The notes: a model not told the origin generated them from the sequence alone. 64,000 nucleotides of DNA from an uncultured delta proteobacterium (GCA_963769935.1 CAVYNY010000022.1:608001-672000); one strand, 5' to 3'. Positions 1 through 10,895 are shown, numbered from the stretch's first letter. A program made the numbers and translations.

Positions 1-79
1 GATTTTTGAGCAGGCGATTGAGCAGGTCGAAGAGCGCAAGCATTTCTTCATCCGTCATTCTTTTGGTGATCAATGACAT
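1..79 (-). CDS. Possible 5' end of an unidentified gene running off the window
   Basis: Open frame from ATG at 79: MSLITKRMTDEEMLALFDLLNRLLKN; no recognisable motif. Confidence 0.35.
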   Translation of the reverse strand, partial: MSLITKRMTDEEMLALFDLLNRLLKN

Positions 80-247
80 GAACCGGTCGTCGGAAAACTT
101 CTGCAGATAATATATGAGCGTGTTTTCGTCCGTCTCCCGGTCAGCCCCGTATCCCACCAGTCCTTGATAAGATTCAACAAAATCGTGTGTATGCTTCGGC
201 ATTCTCTGCAATCCAGACTTATAGACTCAAATATTGAAAGCCGGACC

Positions 248-313
248 CTCCCGCTCTCCGAGCTGTAGGCTCTCCGAGCCGGAAGCCGGGCTGTAGGCCG
301 CACGGGCCGGAAG
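248..313. repeat. REP-like element: two tandem 28-bp units; related inverted copy at 63723-63756
   Basis: ccgagctgtaggctctccgagccggaag (258-285) and ccgggctgtaggccgcacgggccggaag (286-313); reverse complement of 63723-63750 is ccggggcgcaggccctatgggccggagg. Confidence 0.6.
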
Positions 314-435
314 CTTGGCCAGGGTCCTTTACTATTCTTACGCTGAAACCCTGTTGATGCTGCTATGGGTTAAAGTTTTAAGACCGTTCAGCCGAAGATA
401 TATCACTGAAAGCAAAAAATAAAGGAGAAACACGC

Positions 436-642
436 ATGAAATCCTCTTTCTTTATTCTGGCCGAATTAACCCTGGTGACCCTGGTTTATGCTTTTGCCTA
501 TCGAGCGGGATACAAAAGTGCGCAATCAAAGGCCATTTCGGTCGTAAAAAAGTTTGCCGATCCGGTAACCTGTCTGTTGGATAGTTTAAATGATACGCTT
601 GATGAGGCCACAGAAGAACAAAATGAAAAGGAAGGTTCTTAA
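436..642 (+). CDS. Small hypothetical membrane-anchored protein
   Basis: Strong RBS aaaggag; N-terminal hydrophobic helix; acidic tail; 4-nt convergent overlap with the kinase. Confidence 0.6.
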   Translation: MKSSFFILAELTLVTLVYAFAYRAGYKSAQSKAISVVKKFADPVTCLLDSLNDTLDEATEEQNEKEGS

Positions 643-2429
643 TTTCGTAAGGTTTTGGGGGTGTCCAGCACGGCGCGAATTGTACTTGCCAGCTCATCTT
701 TGACAATCGGCTTCATGACAAATTTATCGATTCCCATGGCCAGGGCTTTTTCTTCGGTGATCGTCTCATTGAAGCCGGTACATAAAATCACCGGAATGTC
801 CGGTCTGATACCCATTAATTTGCGTGCCAGCTGATCACCGGTCATTTTGGGCATTGTCATGTCCGTTATTACCAGATCGTAATGGTCGGGCAAGGCGGCG
901 AATTCCTCCAGCGCCGCTTCACTGTCCGTTTTGACCGTTACTTTATAACCGAGCCGTTCCAGAATTTGTTGTTCGATGTCGATGATTTGCTCTTCGTCGT
1001 CTATCAGCAGAATACGTTCATGGCCCTGGGTTGCAGACGGGGTCTTTGCCGCCTCTGTTTCAAGATCAACCTCATCGATGATCGGCAGATATACGGTAAA
1101 GGTGGCCCCTTTCCCCGGTTGACTGCTGACGCTGATGTCGCCCCCATAATTTTTGATGATGCCGTGGATCACCGACAGACCCAGACCGGTACCCTTGCCT
1201 TGTTCCTTGGTGGTATAATACGGTTCGAAGATGCGCTCCAGTACTCCCTGATCCATGCCGCACCCGGAATCTTTGACCGTCAATTGAAGGTGCGGGCCGA
1301 CTTTCATTCCCACTCTTTCCATCGATTTTTCGTAGGTGATTTCCACCTCTTTGACTTCCACTTCAAGTTTGCCGCCGGTTTGCTGCATGGCGTGATAGGC
1401 GTTGGTGCAAAGATTCATGATAACCTGGTGAATCTGGGTCGGGTCGCCATTGATGGGGCCGCAATTTTCATCCACTTTGCTTTCTATTTCGATGGTTGAC
1501 GGGATGGTGGCGCGCATGAGTTTGAGCGCTTCTTTGATCAGGAATTGAACTTTTAAAGGCCTGCGTTCATGACAGCTTTGCCGGCTGAAGGTTAGGATTT
1601 GTTTAACCAGTTCCTTGGCGCGATTGGTGGCCTTGAGGATTTCCTCCAGATTCTTTCTGGCCTGGCTGTCTTCCGGGATGTCATCCATGGTCAATTCGGT
1701 ATAGCCGACAATCGGGAAAAGAATATTGTTAAAGTCATGCGCTATACCCCCGGCCAAGGTGCCGATGGCCTGCAGCTTCATGACCTGCTGCAACTGTCTT
1801 TCCGAGCGCGCCAACGCTTTGGTTCTTTCTTCAATTTTCTTTTCCAGGATTGTATTCTGATTTCGCAGCAAGCGATAAAATTCTAGACTTTCCAGGGCAT
1901 TGGCGGTATTTAGCAGAATGATTGACAGCAAAGTGAATGATTTATCCGGAATTGAATTTTTTTTATCCGGCAGTAGTCCGACGAACATGCCCCGGATGCG
2001 GGAGTAGGTCGCTATCACATGCAGCATCAGCTGCTTGGAGTGATCATGGGAAGAGATCGTAACGCCGCGTCGTTCACGAATGGCCCAGGCAAAAAATCCC
2101 TCATCGATCATGTGGCGCACCTGATCTTCCATGAATTGCCGGCTTTCCGATGGACCGCAAGCCGATAAATTGAAATCCGATTTATCCTCGTCCACCAGAT
2201 AGAAGGCATAGGCTTCAAACGGGATTAAATAGCGGATTCTTTTTTCAGCCTCCTGCAGAACATTCTCCGGCCCGTAGCCGGTATTGATGTTTTTCTGAAA
2301 GTCTCCCAGAGAAAGGGCCATTTCAAGGGCATTTTGTATAAGACGCCTGTTTTCTTCCAAATATTCGATGCGAGCCAGGAGTTTTTCAGGATCTAAGTTT
2401 GTGGTTTTTTTCATTGTACTTTTACACAT
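639..2429 (-). CDS. Hybrid sensor histidine kinase / response regulator (GAF-like, HisKA, HATPase, REC)
   Basis: H-box GGIAHDFNN, N-box NLCTNA, DSGCG, GTGLGL, receiver LLIDDE..ITDMTMP..KP. Confidence 0.95.
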   Translation of the reverse strand: MCKSTMKKTTNLDPEKLLARIEYLEENRRLIQNALEMALSLGDFQKNINTGYGPENVLQEAEKRIRYLIPFEAYAFYLVDEDKSDFNLSACGPSESRQFMEDQVRHMIDEGFFAWAIRERRGVTISSHDHSKQLMLHVIATYSRIRGMFVGLLPDKKNSIPDKSFTLLSIILLNTANALESLEFYRLLRNQNTILEKKIEERTKALARSERQLQQVMKLQAIGTLAGGIAHDFNNILFPIVGYTELTMDDIPEDSQARKNLEEILKATNRAKELVKQILTFSRQSCHERRPLKVQFLIKEALKLMRATIPSTIEIESKVDENCGPINGDPTQIHQVIMNLCTNAYHAMQQTGGKLEVEVKEVEITYEKSMERVGMKVGPHLQLTVKDSGCGMDQGVLERIFEPYYTTKEQGKGTGLGLSVIHGIIKNYGGDISVSSQPGKGATFTVYLPIIDEVDLETEAAKTPSATQGHERILLIDDEEQIIDIEQQILERLGYKVTVKTDSEAALEEFAALPDHYDLVITDMTMPKMTGDQLARKLMGIRPDIPVILCTGFNETITEEKALAMGIDKFVMKPIVKDELASTIRAVLDTPKTLRN

Positions 2430-3645
2430 TCAGGATTGTTTCCAGTGCTTTGAACTGGTGAGTTGCCTGTCCAATAACCTTCTCAAAGCAACTGGGTGAT
2501 AATTCCAGATTTTCCCAGGCATCATAGTCAAGGGGCGGTACAAATCTCTCTCCGCTGCTGCCGATCCCCAGGCTGTTGACAATCAAATCGGCCAGGTGAA
2601 CGATGGTCGCCGGAATCGGTTGCCGGGCATCAGAAGGTTTATGATGGTAGAATACATTATTTTCTAAAATTACAGGCAGTTTCCACTGCTGCATGAGTTG
2701 CCTGCCTACCTGGGCATGGTCACATCCCAGATAATCTATTTCTTCCATATACAGTAACTTGGATTCATTTATAGACCGGCTGATAATGTTGTGCGACTCA
2801 TCCGGAAAATGTATGTAAAGTATCAATCGCCCCAGATCATGCAGCAAACCGGAGACAAACAACTGTTCGGTTTGACTGAAATTCAAGTGGGCCGCCAAAA
2901 CCCTTGATAAGATGGCGCAGGCCAGGCTGTGCTTTAGAAATGAATACATATCGATTATTTCTTTGGGGATATTTTTAAAAATAGAGAGAATGGAGATCCC
3001 CAGAGCCAGTCCGGAAATTTCACGGGTACCGATGAGGGTCACCGCATGGGACACTTTGTCTATCCTGGTCGGGAACCCGTAAAATGATGAATTTACGATT
3101 TTCAACAGCAGGGCGGTTAAACTCGGGCTTCTGTTCACCACCTCGGCAATGTGTTCGGCCGAAGACATGGGATTTGCAATGACTTCATTTATTTCAAAAA
3201 CTACGGACGGAATTTCAGGCAGGACTATCTTTTTTTTGTTTATTTCCTCTAAAAAATTTATTTTTTGAGCCCTATCCGGCATCCTTCGATCTTGAAATTG
3301 CATATCGCCGGCAGTTTCAACCAGATCATGCCGGCATCTGAATTGCACCGCTATTTTGAATATTTCCTTGATTGCCGGATGCTCCAAGTCAACATGACGA
3401 CAGATAAGCTTCATGTTTTCCGCGGTCCGTTCGAGCAGCTCCGGATCCAACCGGGGATCCAATATGTCTTTGCGGCGGCGTGCCCCGGCAACATTGACCT
3501 CCGGAATTCCCCAAATTTTAAAAATTCGAATATGATTTGATTGGATTTCGTTGCCTTTGGCCAGCAGGAGTCGACCGTTTATATCACGCACCTCTTCGGC
3601 CAAAATCTGACCGGGTTTTAATTTGTCTGTCTGTACCGCTTCCAT
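2422..3645 (-). CDS. HDOD domain protein
   Basis: LPEIP, LLKIVNSSFYG, KHSLACA, GLLHDLGRL, GCDHAQVG..W.LP; overlaps the kinase start. Confidence 0.92.
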   Translation of the reverse strand: MEAVQTDKLKPGQILAEEVRDINGRLLLAKGNEIQSNHIRIFKIWGIPEVNVAGARRRKDILDPRLDPELLERTAENMKLICRHVDLEHPAIKEIFKIAVQFRCRHDLVETAGDMQFQDRRMPDRAQKINFLEEINKKKIVLPEIPSVVFEINEVIANPMSSAEHIAEVVNRSPSLTALLLKIVNSSFYGFPTRIDKVSHAVTLIGTREISGLALGISILSIFKNIPKEIIDMYSFLKHSLACAILSRVLAAHLNFSQTEQLFVSGLLHDLGRLILYIHFPDESHNIISRSINESKLLYMEEIDYLGCDHAQVGRQLMQQWKLPVILENNVFYHHKPSDARQPIPATIVHLADLIVNSLGIGSSGERFVPPLDYDAWENLELSPSCFEKVIGQATHQFKALETILNV

Positions 3646-3995
3646 AGGATTCCATTATCTATTATTTTCAGAACTATCTAAACAAAACCATCTCTTTATT
3701 GTTATCGTCTAAGCGAATTGAAAACTTGAGCAAAAATGCGATCTTAGTACCTGAATTTTGCACGTAAATCTAATATACAACGCCGAAGTTGCATTTTCAG
3801 AATTTACTTCGAGCGATGTTCGGTGTTTAAAAATTCAGGTAGCAGATCATTGAGGTGGTTAGAAACGTGCAGATCGTTGGGGTAGGTGGGGCATTGGCGT
3901 TTGTGGGGTTGATTAAGTTAGTTAATAGTTGATAGGTGATAGGTCATAGTTGTTAGGGTACGGTGCCAGGCGCACGGTCTAACCCGAAAAGTGTT

Positions 3996-4071
3996 GAGGA
4001 CTGAGTGTGTTGCGGTTTCCATTGTCCGAATTTTTTTTAACTCAGTCCTCAGTCCTCATTGCTCAGTCCTG
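3996..4071. repeat. Inverted heptamer micro-repeat element
   Basis: tgaggactgag versus ctcagtcctcagtcctca..ctcagtcctga. Confidence 0.6.
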
Positions 4072-4114
4072 ATGTTTGTCTTTCCTCCGACCTTCGACAT
4101 TTGTCGTTCGTCAT

Positions 4115-4939
4115 TCACTTAACCGTCTCAACCAGCTTTTGGACAGCCGCCAGATAGGCCTGGAGGCCGCGCATAAAAATATCATTGTGGTTGGCGCCGG
4201 GAATCATCAAGAAAGTTTTGTCGACGGTCGGGCAGGCATCGTAGAGGGCCTGTCCGTCCGAAAATGGAATGATGTGGTCAAATTCGGCGTGAATGATGAG
4301 CGTTGTTTTATCAAATTGCCTGATTTTATCAAGGTTGCCGAAGCCTCTTTCTTCCCGGAATCCCAGCGCTTCCAAGTTGATGCCCAGCAGCTGCAGCAAG
4401 GGGGCGGCATAGGCAAACCCGCTTTCCACGATAAGGCCGTCAACTTCATTTTTATAAGCCGCCGCCAGTTCAAGAACCGAAGCACTGCCCAGCGATCTGC
4501 CCATCAGAATGAGTGGACCCGTAAAATGATTTTTCTGCAGCCATTGGCGCACAAAATCAAAGATGATATGACAATCCCCCATCATGGCGGTGACCGTCGG
4601 TTTGCCGGAGGATCGACCGTATCCGCGATAATCCACCGCCAGGAGATTGATCCCCATTTTAGTATACGCACCACCCAGTTCATCATAGTCCGCGACAATT
4701 TCACCATTACCGTGAAAAAAAAGAATATTACCGCCGGACTTTGCGGCCATGTGAAAACGCGCGCCGACGGCAACAGCCTCTGCGACCGGTATCATGACAT
4801 CCGTGGCGTTGGAAAGCGGGCCGGTCCTATCGGCGGTCGGGAAGTGTGAACCTGCCGGCTCCGGACGCGGGTGAAACAAATACATCAGAACTTCAGTTCG
4901 ATCGAGGGGCGTGTAATCGATTTTAGATTCAGCTTTCAT
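4115..4939 (-). CDS. Alpha/beta hydrolase (ABHD13/BEM46-like)
   Basis: FHGNGE, DYRGYGRS, GRSLG nucleophile, HAEFD, GANHND. Confidence 0.92.
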   Translation of the reverse strand: MKAESKIDYTPLDRTEVLMYLFHPRPEPAGSHFPTADRTGPLSNATDVMIPVAEAVAVGARFHMAAKSGGNILFFHGNGEIVADYDELGGAYTKMGINLLAVDYRGYGRSSGKPTVTAMMGDCHIIFDFVRQWLQKNHFTGPLILMGRSLGSASVLELAAAYKNEVDGLIVESGFAYAAPLLQLLGINLEALGFREERGFGNLDKIRQFDKTTLIIHAEFDHIIPFSDGQALYDACPTVDKTFLMIPGANHNDIFMRGLQAYLAAVQKLVETVK

Positions 4940-4985
4940 TATTAAGGTCTCCTTTATATGACCTAAAAAACCACATGCAATGGTG

Positions 4986-5041
4986 AGTTATTGGTTATTA
5001 GTTATTGGTCCTCAATTTTTAATAACAAATAACCAATAACG
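4986..5041. repeat. Inverted heptamer micro-repeat hairpin
   Basis: gttattg-gttatta-gttattg versus taataac-aaataac-caataac. Confidence 0.65.
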
Positions 5042-5072
5042 ACTAATTGAGCTTTAGCGGTTCATCCAACAA

Positions 5073-5558
5073 TTACCGCGCACTCCTGACCGCCAGCACC
5101 CGACAGCCGTTATTATCGTGTAAATCAACCGTGAAGGCGTCGCCGAGGTAGTAATTAAAGGCCAGCGGCAAGCCCAGGGCCGTGTCGGAGGACCACACCA
5201 GGATACAGCTGATTTTAATCTGGGGTACAATCTTTACCGCATATCCGCAAGCCGATTGATAACCTTGGTAGCCGGAATCTTCCCGATACAGGCTTTGCAG
5301 CTCCGCCACCGTTGGCAAGCGCCAATTTTCATACTTCCGATCAAGGCTCCCGGCAAAGCTGCCCTGGATCCATTTATTGGCCTGTTTCCAGAATATATCC
5401 TCTTGGTTGTCCGTTTGGGCCCACATCAGCCCTGACCGGCTGTCGGTAACGGTGCCGTTGCCGTTGTCGATGAAGCGGTCCTGCGCCAGGCTCGGGGTCC
5501 GGAAAACGGAGCCAAAAAGAAGTATGATCAGGAGGATATGGGGAGTGGATTTTAGCAC
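5073..5558 (-). CDS. DUF1566 (Lcl C-terminal) domain secreted protein
   Basis: Signal peptide; RFIDNGNGTVTDSRSGLMW, WRLPTVAEL, VLAVR. Confidence 0.88.
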   Translation of the reverse strand: MLKSTPHILLIILLFGSVFRTPSLAQDRFIDNGNGTVTDSRSGLMWAQTDNQEDIFWKQANKWIQGSFAGSLDRKYENWRLPTVAELQSLYREDSGYQGYQSACGYAVKIVPQIKISCILVWSSDTALGLPLAFNYYLGDAFTVDLHDNNGCRVLAVRSAR

Positions 5559-5696
5559 TTTTCCCTCACTTATGCTTTTACCGGGTTAACCAAAATGAGG
5601 TCCAAACAATAATTTTCGGTTCTATAAACCAAAACAAGATAAGATTTATCCGATGCTTTTTAATTATATTCCGGGCGGCCGGTGTAGGCTTGAAGT

Positions 5697-6500
5697 TTAA
5701 AAATTTTTATCAATAAAGCCGGGTTCGGCAATCAGGTCCGGCGCAATATACTTGAGAGCCCAGATCGCGCTGATGGCGCCTACATACAAGGAATCTTTTT
5801 TGTCCATCAGCAGATGGTCGGCTTTGTCCAGCGAAATAAAACTTTTAGGGTGGCGTGCAGTTTGAAAAATTTTGGCCGCATTTTCGATGCCGACGATCCG
5901 GTCATACGGTGAATGAAAAATAAGCAGGGCACGGTTCAAGTTTCGTATGGTTTCCTGCATGCGCACCGCTGCCAGATCGTCGAGAAACTGCTTTTTGATT
6001 TTAAAAGTCCGGCCCGCCAAGTCGACATCGGCTTCCCCACGGCGTTCGATGATCTCTGAGGATTCGCTCAGGGCGACGGATACATGAGCGGGATCCGCCG
6101 GTGCTGCGATGGTGATTACGGCTACCGCGGAAGGTATTCGTGCTGCTGACTGCAGCACCGCCGCACCCCCCAGGGAATGGCCGATTAAGATCTGCGGGGC
6201 CTCAAAATTTTTTTTCAAAAAATCGGCGGCCATGACGAGGTCGTCAACGTTGGAGGTAAAATTGGTATCGGCAAAGTCGCCTTCGCTCTCGCCCAGCCCG
6301 GTAAAATCGAATCGCAGCACGGCAATCCCTCTACGGGTTAAAGCCCGGCTGATATGGCTGATGGCTTTGATGTTTTTGGAGCAGGTAAAACAATGGGCAA
6401 AAAGCGCGTAGGCGAGCGGTTTTTCAGCTGCAGTCAGATCTATTCTGGCTGAAAGCTTTTGACCGGCCGCGTTGGTGAATTCGAGGTTTTTAAATTTCAT
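5697..6500 (-). CDS. Alpha/beta hydrolase matching the N-terminal domain of hydrolase/OsmC fusions; no OsmC domain here
   Basis: FAHCFTCSK, RFDFTGLGESEG, GHSLGG, HSPYD, ARHPKSF..ADHLL. Confidence 0.9.
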   Translation of the reverse strand: MKFKNLEFTNAAGQKLSARIDLTAAEKPLAYALFAHCFTCSKNIKAISHISRALTRRGIAVLRFDFTGLGESEGDFADTNFTSNVDDLVMAADFLKKNFEAPQILIGHSLGGAAVLQSAARIPSAVAVITIAAPADPAHVSVALSESSEIIERRGEADVDLAGRTFKIKKQFLDDLAAVRMQETIRNLNRALLIFHSPYDRIVGIENAAKIFQTARHPKSFISLDKADHLLMDKKDSLYVGAISAIWALKYIAPDLIAEPGFIDKNF

Positions 6501-6670
6501 GATGGGATCTTGGTTGATTGAGTGGATAGTTCACGACTGTTGATTGATACGTGCCGTAGTTGCAAAACTATAATGGAAATCTTCTGATGAGTCCAGATCA
6601 ATTTTGGGGGCCTAGCGGATCGTCGTGCTGCCGGTCTCTTTCAGAGCTTGTATCCCGGATTGTATCTTTG

Positions 6671-6726
6671 ATGAATCAAATTCATAATTTAGAAGGCTTG
6701 ACATTTAAATTCTCATTCTTTATAAA
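6671..6726 (+). promoter_or_regulatory. Sigma70 promoter for the ABC operon with an upstream palindromic operator candidate
   Basis: TTGACA(6698)-17 nt-TATAAA(6721); ATGAAT-caa-ATTCAT at 6671-6685. Confidence 0.65.
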
Positions 6727-6867
6727 CGTAGGATTCGGTTCGATTTTCATTATTTTTTGCTGCAGTCGTCCAAAATCCGAGATCGCGGACATCTATGGCC
6801 GAGACATGATATTCCGCGATTTTGCCAAACTTGTAACCTGTTTTTAAAGAAAAAAGGAGGGCTTAAT

Positions 6868-8139
6868 ATGAAACGGAAATCGACTCTATGGGTAATACTG
6901 GTTCTAACTGCGGTTCTGCTGTTTCTGCCCGGCAAAATTGTATTGGCGGAACAGCCTATTATCATCGGCTGTCCGCTCGCTACTTCCTATCTCTACGGAT
7001 GGGACGCTGAGAGGGCTGTCAAGCTGGCTATTTCAGAGATCAATGCCGCCGGCGGCGTCAACGTGGGCGGCGTAAAGCGGCCGTTTAAAGTGGAGGTCAT
7101 CGACACCAGAGACCTGGAACCCGGAGTGCCCGTGAGCGATGCCCTTCTGGCGGTGGAAAAACTGATTTTAGATAAGAAAGCCGATTTTATCGTGGGCGGG
7201 CCGGTTCGTTCCGAAGCTGCTCTGGCGGCGATGCCGCTTTTATCCAAGTATAAGAAAGTCTCCATCGTGACTACCGGCGTTCTGACGCCCAAGTATACTG
7301 CGTTGGTGGCCGAACAGTATGATAAATATAAATACTGCTTCCGCATACATGGTGAGGCCAAGAACCTTGTGGGTGAGATGTTCGCCAACTTCACCGATTT
7401 GAAAGAAAAGTACGGTTTCAATAACTTATTCATCATGGCCCAGGATGTCTCCCATGCCCGGGGGGCGGCCGATGTCATGAAGGCGGTGGCCGTCAAAAAG
7501 GGCTGGAACGTCACCGGGGTGGAGATATACCCGACCGGAACCACCGATTTTTCCATGGGACTGCTCAAGGCCAAACAGTCCAAAACGGAAATTATCAATA
7601 TTTGGATGGATATGCCGGAAAGCGCTATATTGCTTAAACAATGGTATGAGATGAAAATTCCGGCCCTGCCGTTCGGTTCGACTCTGGCCGCGGCTGAACA
7701 GCCCGGTTTCTGGAAGGCCACCGACGGCAAAGGGGAGTATACCCTCTGCAATGTGGTCAACGCCGGCAACGCTCCCTCCGAAGCCACCCCCTGGACCATG
7801 AAATTTTACAAGGCCTACACCGATATGTGGGGCGTGGAGCCGGAAGGACTGGGAACATCCAGCAGTTACATGGCCGTTTATGTGCTGCGGGATGCGATCG
7901 AACGCGCCGGCAGCCTGGATTCGGACAAGTTGGTGGCGGAGCTGGAAAAAACCGATGTGATGGGGGTCTATGGACGGCTTCGCTTTGATCCCAAAAGCCA
8001 CCAGGTTATCCCGGCGACAGACCCCGCCAAGGGGGCGGTGGGCAGCATTTTACAGTGGCAGAACGGGAAGCGGATCGTGGTCTATCCCCAAAGCATCGCC
8101 ACGGGCAGTATCGAGTTGCCGCCGTGGATGAATAAATAG
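6868..8139 (+). CDS. Liv/HAAT-family ABC transporter substrate-binding protein
   Basis: RBS ggagg before ATG 6868; signal peptide; AISEINAAGG periplasmic binding motif. Confidence 0.92.
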   Translation: MKRKSTLWVILVLTAVLLFLPGKIVLAEQPIIIGCPLATSYLYGWDAERAVKLAISEINAAGGVNVGGVKRPFKVEVIDTRDLEPGVPVSDALLAVEKLILDKKADFIVGGPVRSEAALAAMPLLSKYKKVSIVTTGVLTPKYTALVAEQYDKYKYCFRIHGEAKNLVGEMFANFTDLKEKYGFNNLFIMAQDVSHARGAADVMKAVAVKKGWNVTGVEIYPTGTTDFSMGLLKAKQSKTEIINIWMDMPESAILLKQWYEMKIPALPFGSTLAAAEQPGFWKATDGKGEYTLCNVVNAGNAPSEATPWTMKFYKAYTDMWGVEPEGLGTSSSYMAVYVLRDAIERAGSLDSDKLVAELEKTDVMGVYGRLRFDPKSHQVIPATDPAKGAVGSILQWQNGKRIVVYPQSIATGSIELPPWMNK

Positions 8140-8158
8140 CCGTGCATCCCCGGATAGG

Positions 8159-8196
8159 CGGGTTGAGGGTGAAGCAAGAATTTCACCTTCAACCCG
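8159..8196 (+). other. Intercistronic stem-loop after the binding-protein gene
   Basis: cgggttgagggtgaa / ttcaccttcaacccg; position typical of mRNA-stabilising hairpins. Confidence 0.6.
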
Positions 8197-8227
8197 ATAG
8201 GGCAAAAAACCTCTCCTCCGAAATATC

Positions 8228-9094
8228 ATGCAAATATTAATTTACGGAACCATAAATAGTGTCTCGCTGGCGCTTTTGGCCTTGGGATTTGCCTTGGTTT
8301 ACGGGGTCAGCCGCCTGCCCAATTTTGCGCATGGTGCGCTATACGTTCTCAGTGGTTTCATCACCTGGACCTTTATTAATTCCCTGGGGTTTAATTATCT
8401 GTTCAGCATCATCCTGGCGATATTTATGACCGGAATAATCGGTTCGTTGATCTACCGGTTTGTGCTGATTCGCATCCGGGGCATGGAGATTTCCGAAATC
8501 ATAGCCTCCTATGCCATGGGGCTGGCAATTTTGGAAGGACTCCGATGGGGCGGGTTTAAGGGCATGACCTATACGCTGCCGGCCTTTATCGGAGGCAGTA
8601 TGGAGCTTGCCGGCATACCCGTGGACTACCAGCGGTTGCTGGTCGTCGGCATCGGGGCGGCGGTGGTGGCGTTGCTGTGGCTGTTCACGCACTATACACG
8701 CGTCGGTCTGGCCCTGCGCGGGATGGCACAGGACGAGCGCGCCGCCATGATGCTGGGGATCGATTCCGACCTGATGGCGGTAGCGGCTATGGGATTCGGT
8801 TCCATGCTGGCGGCTTTGGCCGCTGTTTTGCTGCTCCCGTTGGGCAACATTGTGGTGGAAACCGGCTATAATGTTCTGATTCTGGCCATCGCCGTCTGTA
8901 TTGTGGGCGGCTTGGGAAGTTGGATGGGTGCCGTTCTGGCTGCGTTTCTGATCGGTTTCGCCCAGATTCTTACCGTCGTCTATCTGGGCGCTCAATTCCA
9001 GATGGTGGTCGCGCTGCTGGCGATCATCATTACCCTAATTTTGAAACCCTCAGGGCTCTTCGGACGCCAGAAAGAATTGGAAGAAAGAGTATGA
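8228..9094 (+). CDS. LivH-like ABC permease
   Basis: ALGFALVYGV..NFAHG; GLALRGMAQDERAAMMLGI. Confidence 0.93.
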   Translation: MQILIYGTINSVSLALLALGFALVYGVSRLPNFAHGALYVLSGFITWTFINSLGFNYLFSIILAIFMTGIIGSLIYRFVLIRIRGMEISEIIASYAMGLAILEGLRWGGFKGMTYTLPAFIGGSMELAGIPVDYQRLLVVGIGAAVVALLWLFTHYTRVGLALRGMAQDERAAMMLGIDSDLMAVAAMGFGSMLAALAAVLLLPLGNIVVETGYNVLILAIAVCIVGGLGSWMGAVLAAFLIGFAQILTVVYLGAQFQMVVALLAIIITLILKPSGLFGRQKELEERV

Positions 9095-10110
9095 CCAAAC
9101 ATCCTGAACCGCGCCGCAGAGAAAGATTGGACCGCGGTATCAAAGTTCGTTCCGACGGGCTTTATGCGCTGATGTCCTGGCGTGAATTGAGCTACCTGGC
9201 TTTGCCCAGGCTTGTGTTGATTGTCGGGATACTGATTCTGCCCCTGGTTATGCCGACCATGTACTGGCAGCGGGTGATATCAATTGTCTGTATCTACGCC
9301 CTGCTGGCCCTGAGCTTTGATTTTCTGGCGCATTTTGTCGGGTTGGTTTCTTTGGGAGGCGCTTTTTTTATCGGAACCGGCGGCTATATTGCTGCGATCC
9401 TGAACACCTCATTCGGGCTGCCGCCGCTATTGACAATTCCCCTTGCCACCATCATCGGTGCATTTTTTTGCACACTGCTTCTGCTGCCCTGTCTGCCACT
9501 GAGGGGCGTCTATTTTGCGATTGTTACCCTGATGTATCCGCTGCTGCTCGCCCGGGTCATCGAGGCCCTGGATATACTGGGTGGAACCGACGGAATTTTA
9601 GGGGTCGAAAGCTTCGTCAACCGCTGGATGGAGCAGTATTTCATCATTGGAATGGTGCTTCTATTTCTTTTCGGTACACGACGTCTGGTTATCCAGGATA
9701 TCGGCCTGGTATTCCGGGCGGTTAAAGACAATGATCAGGCCGTAAAGGCTTCGGGGATAAGCATTACCTACTACAAAACCATCGCCGTGTTCATTGCCTC
9801 GGCCATGGGCTGCTTGAGCGGCGCCTATCTGGTACATTTGTACATGTGGGCCGGTCTGTCCATGCTGGCGCTGGATTTTTCTATTCTTCCCATCGCCGCA
9901 ACGGTCATCGGCGGCAGCGGCACGCTGGTCGGGCCGGTGCTGGGCGCCTTTATTCTGGTGCCGATATCAGAGTTGCTGCGTGCTTTCGGAACGCTGCGCA
10001 TTGTTTTTTATGCCCTGATTCTGCTGGCCTTTATCATCTTCCGCAGCGAGGGAATTATGGTTTATGGCCAAAGAAAATATCTTCAAATTGAAAAATGGGT
10101 TAAGGTATGA
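9091..10110 (+). CDS. LivM-like ABC permease
   Basis: ATGA overlap with the upstream stop; LRGVYFAIVT, RAVKDNDQA, GGSGTLVGP. Confidence 0.92.
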   Translation: MTKHPEPRRRERLDRGIKVRSDGLYALMSWRELSYLALPRLVLIVGILILPLVMPTMYWQRVISIVCIYALLALSFDFLAHFVGLVSLGGAFFIGTGGYIAAILNTSFGLPPLLTIPLATIIGAFFCTLLLLPCLPLRGVYFAIVTLMYPLLLARVIEALDILGGTDGILGVESFVNRWMEQYFIIGMVLLFLFGTRRLVIQDIGLVFRAVKDNDQAVKASGISITYYKTIAVFIASAMGCLSGAYLVHLYMWAGLSMLALDFSILPIAATVIGGSGTLVGPVLGAFILVPISELLRAFGTLRIVFYALILLAFIIFRSEGIMVYGQRKYLQIEKWVKV

Positions 10111-10895
10111 GCGCACCGCCGATTCTGCAAGTGGATCATGTGACCAAAACGTTTGGGGGCATCTTTGCCTTAGATGAGGTGAGCTTCGATTTAAACGAAG
10201 GTGATATCCTGGGCGTCATCGGACCTAACGGTTCCGGTAAAACGACTCTGGTGAACTGCATCACCGGATTTATTGGAATGACTTCCGGTGAGGTCTTATT
10301 TCGGGGCAAAATCATCAGCGGTAAACCGCCGCATAAGATCGCCGACATGGGCATCACGCGCACCTTCCAGATCATGCGTCCGTATTACAGTCTGGCTGCC
10401 TATAAAAACCTCGTGATACCTCTGTTTTCGCCGCGGGCCAAACGCACCGGAGGTTGGCGGGGCGGCGGCAAGCTTGGCGACCGCAATACCGTCAGCATCG
10501 ACATTCTGGAAGAACTGGGTTTCGAGAGGGAATCCTTTGTTCCTTACAAGATGGCCTCCAGCCTTCCCACAGGATATCTGAAACGCCTGGAGCTTGCCCG
10601 GTGTCTGGCTTTGCAGCCTGAAATTATCATCTGTGACGAGGTTTTTTCCGGACTGAGCGCGAGTGAAATCGCCAGCATGGTTCCGCTGATAGAGCGGCTG
10701 CAGATGGAGGGCATCACGCTGATTATGATCGAACATCGTCTGCGGGAGCTTTTCAGGGTAGCCAATCGGGTCCTCGTATTAAACTTCGGGGAAAAGCTTA
10801 AAGAGGGTTCGCCGGATGAGGTCATGGCGGATGAGAGGGTCAGAGAAGCCTATTTCGGATCGGAGGAGGTCGAGGAGGCGCTGGACTATGATTGA
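10107..10895 (+). CDS. LivG-like ABC ATP-binding protein
   Basis: Walker A GPNGSGKT, RTFQ, ICDE, IEH. Confidence 0.94.
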   Translation: MSAPPILQVDHVTKTFGGIFALDEVSFDLNEGDILGVIGPNGSGKTTLVNCITGFIGMTSGEVLFRGKIISGKPPHKIADMGITRTFQIMRPYYSLAAYKNLVIPLFSPRAKRTGGWRGGGKLGDRNTVSIDILEELGFERESFVPYKMASSLPTGYLKRLELARCLALQPEIIICDEVFSGLSASEIASMVPLIERLQMEGITLIMIEHRLRELFRVANRVLVLNFGEKLKEGSPDEVMADERVREAYFGSEEVEEALDYD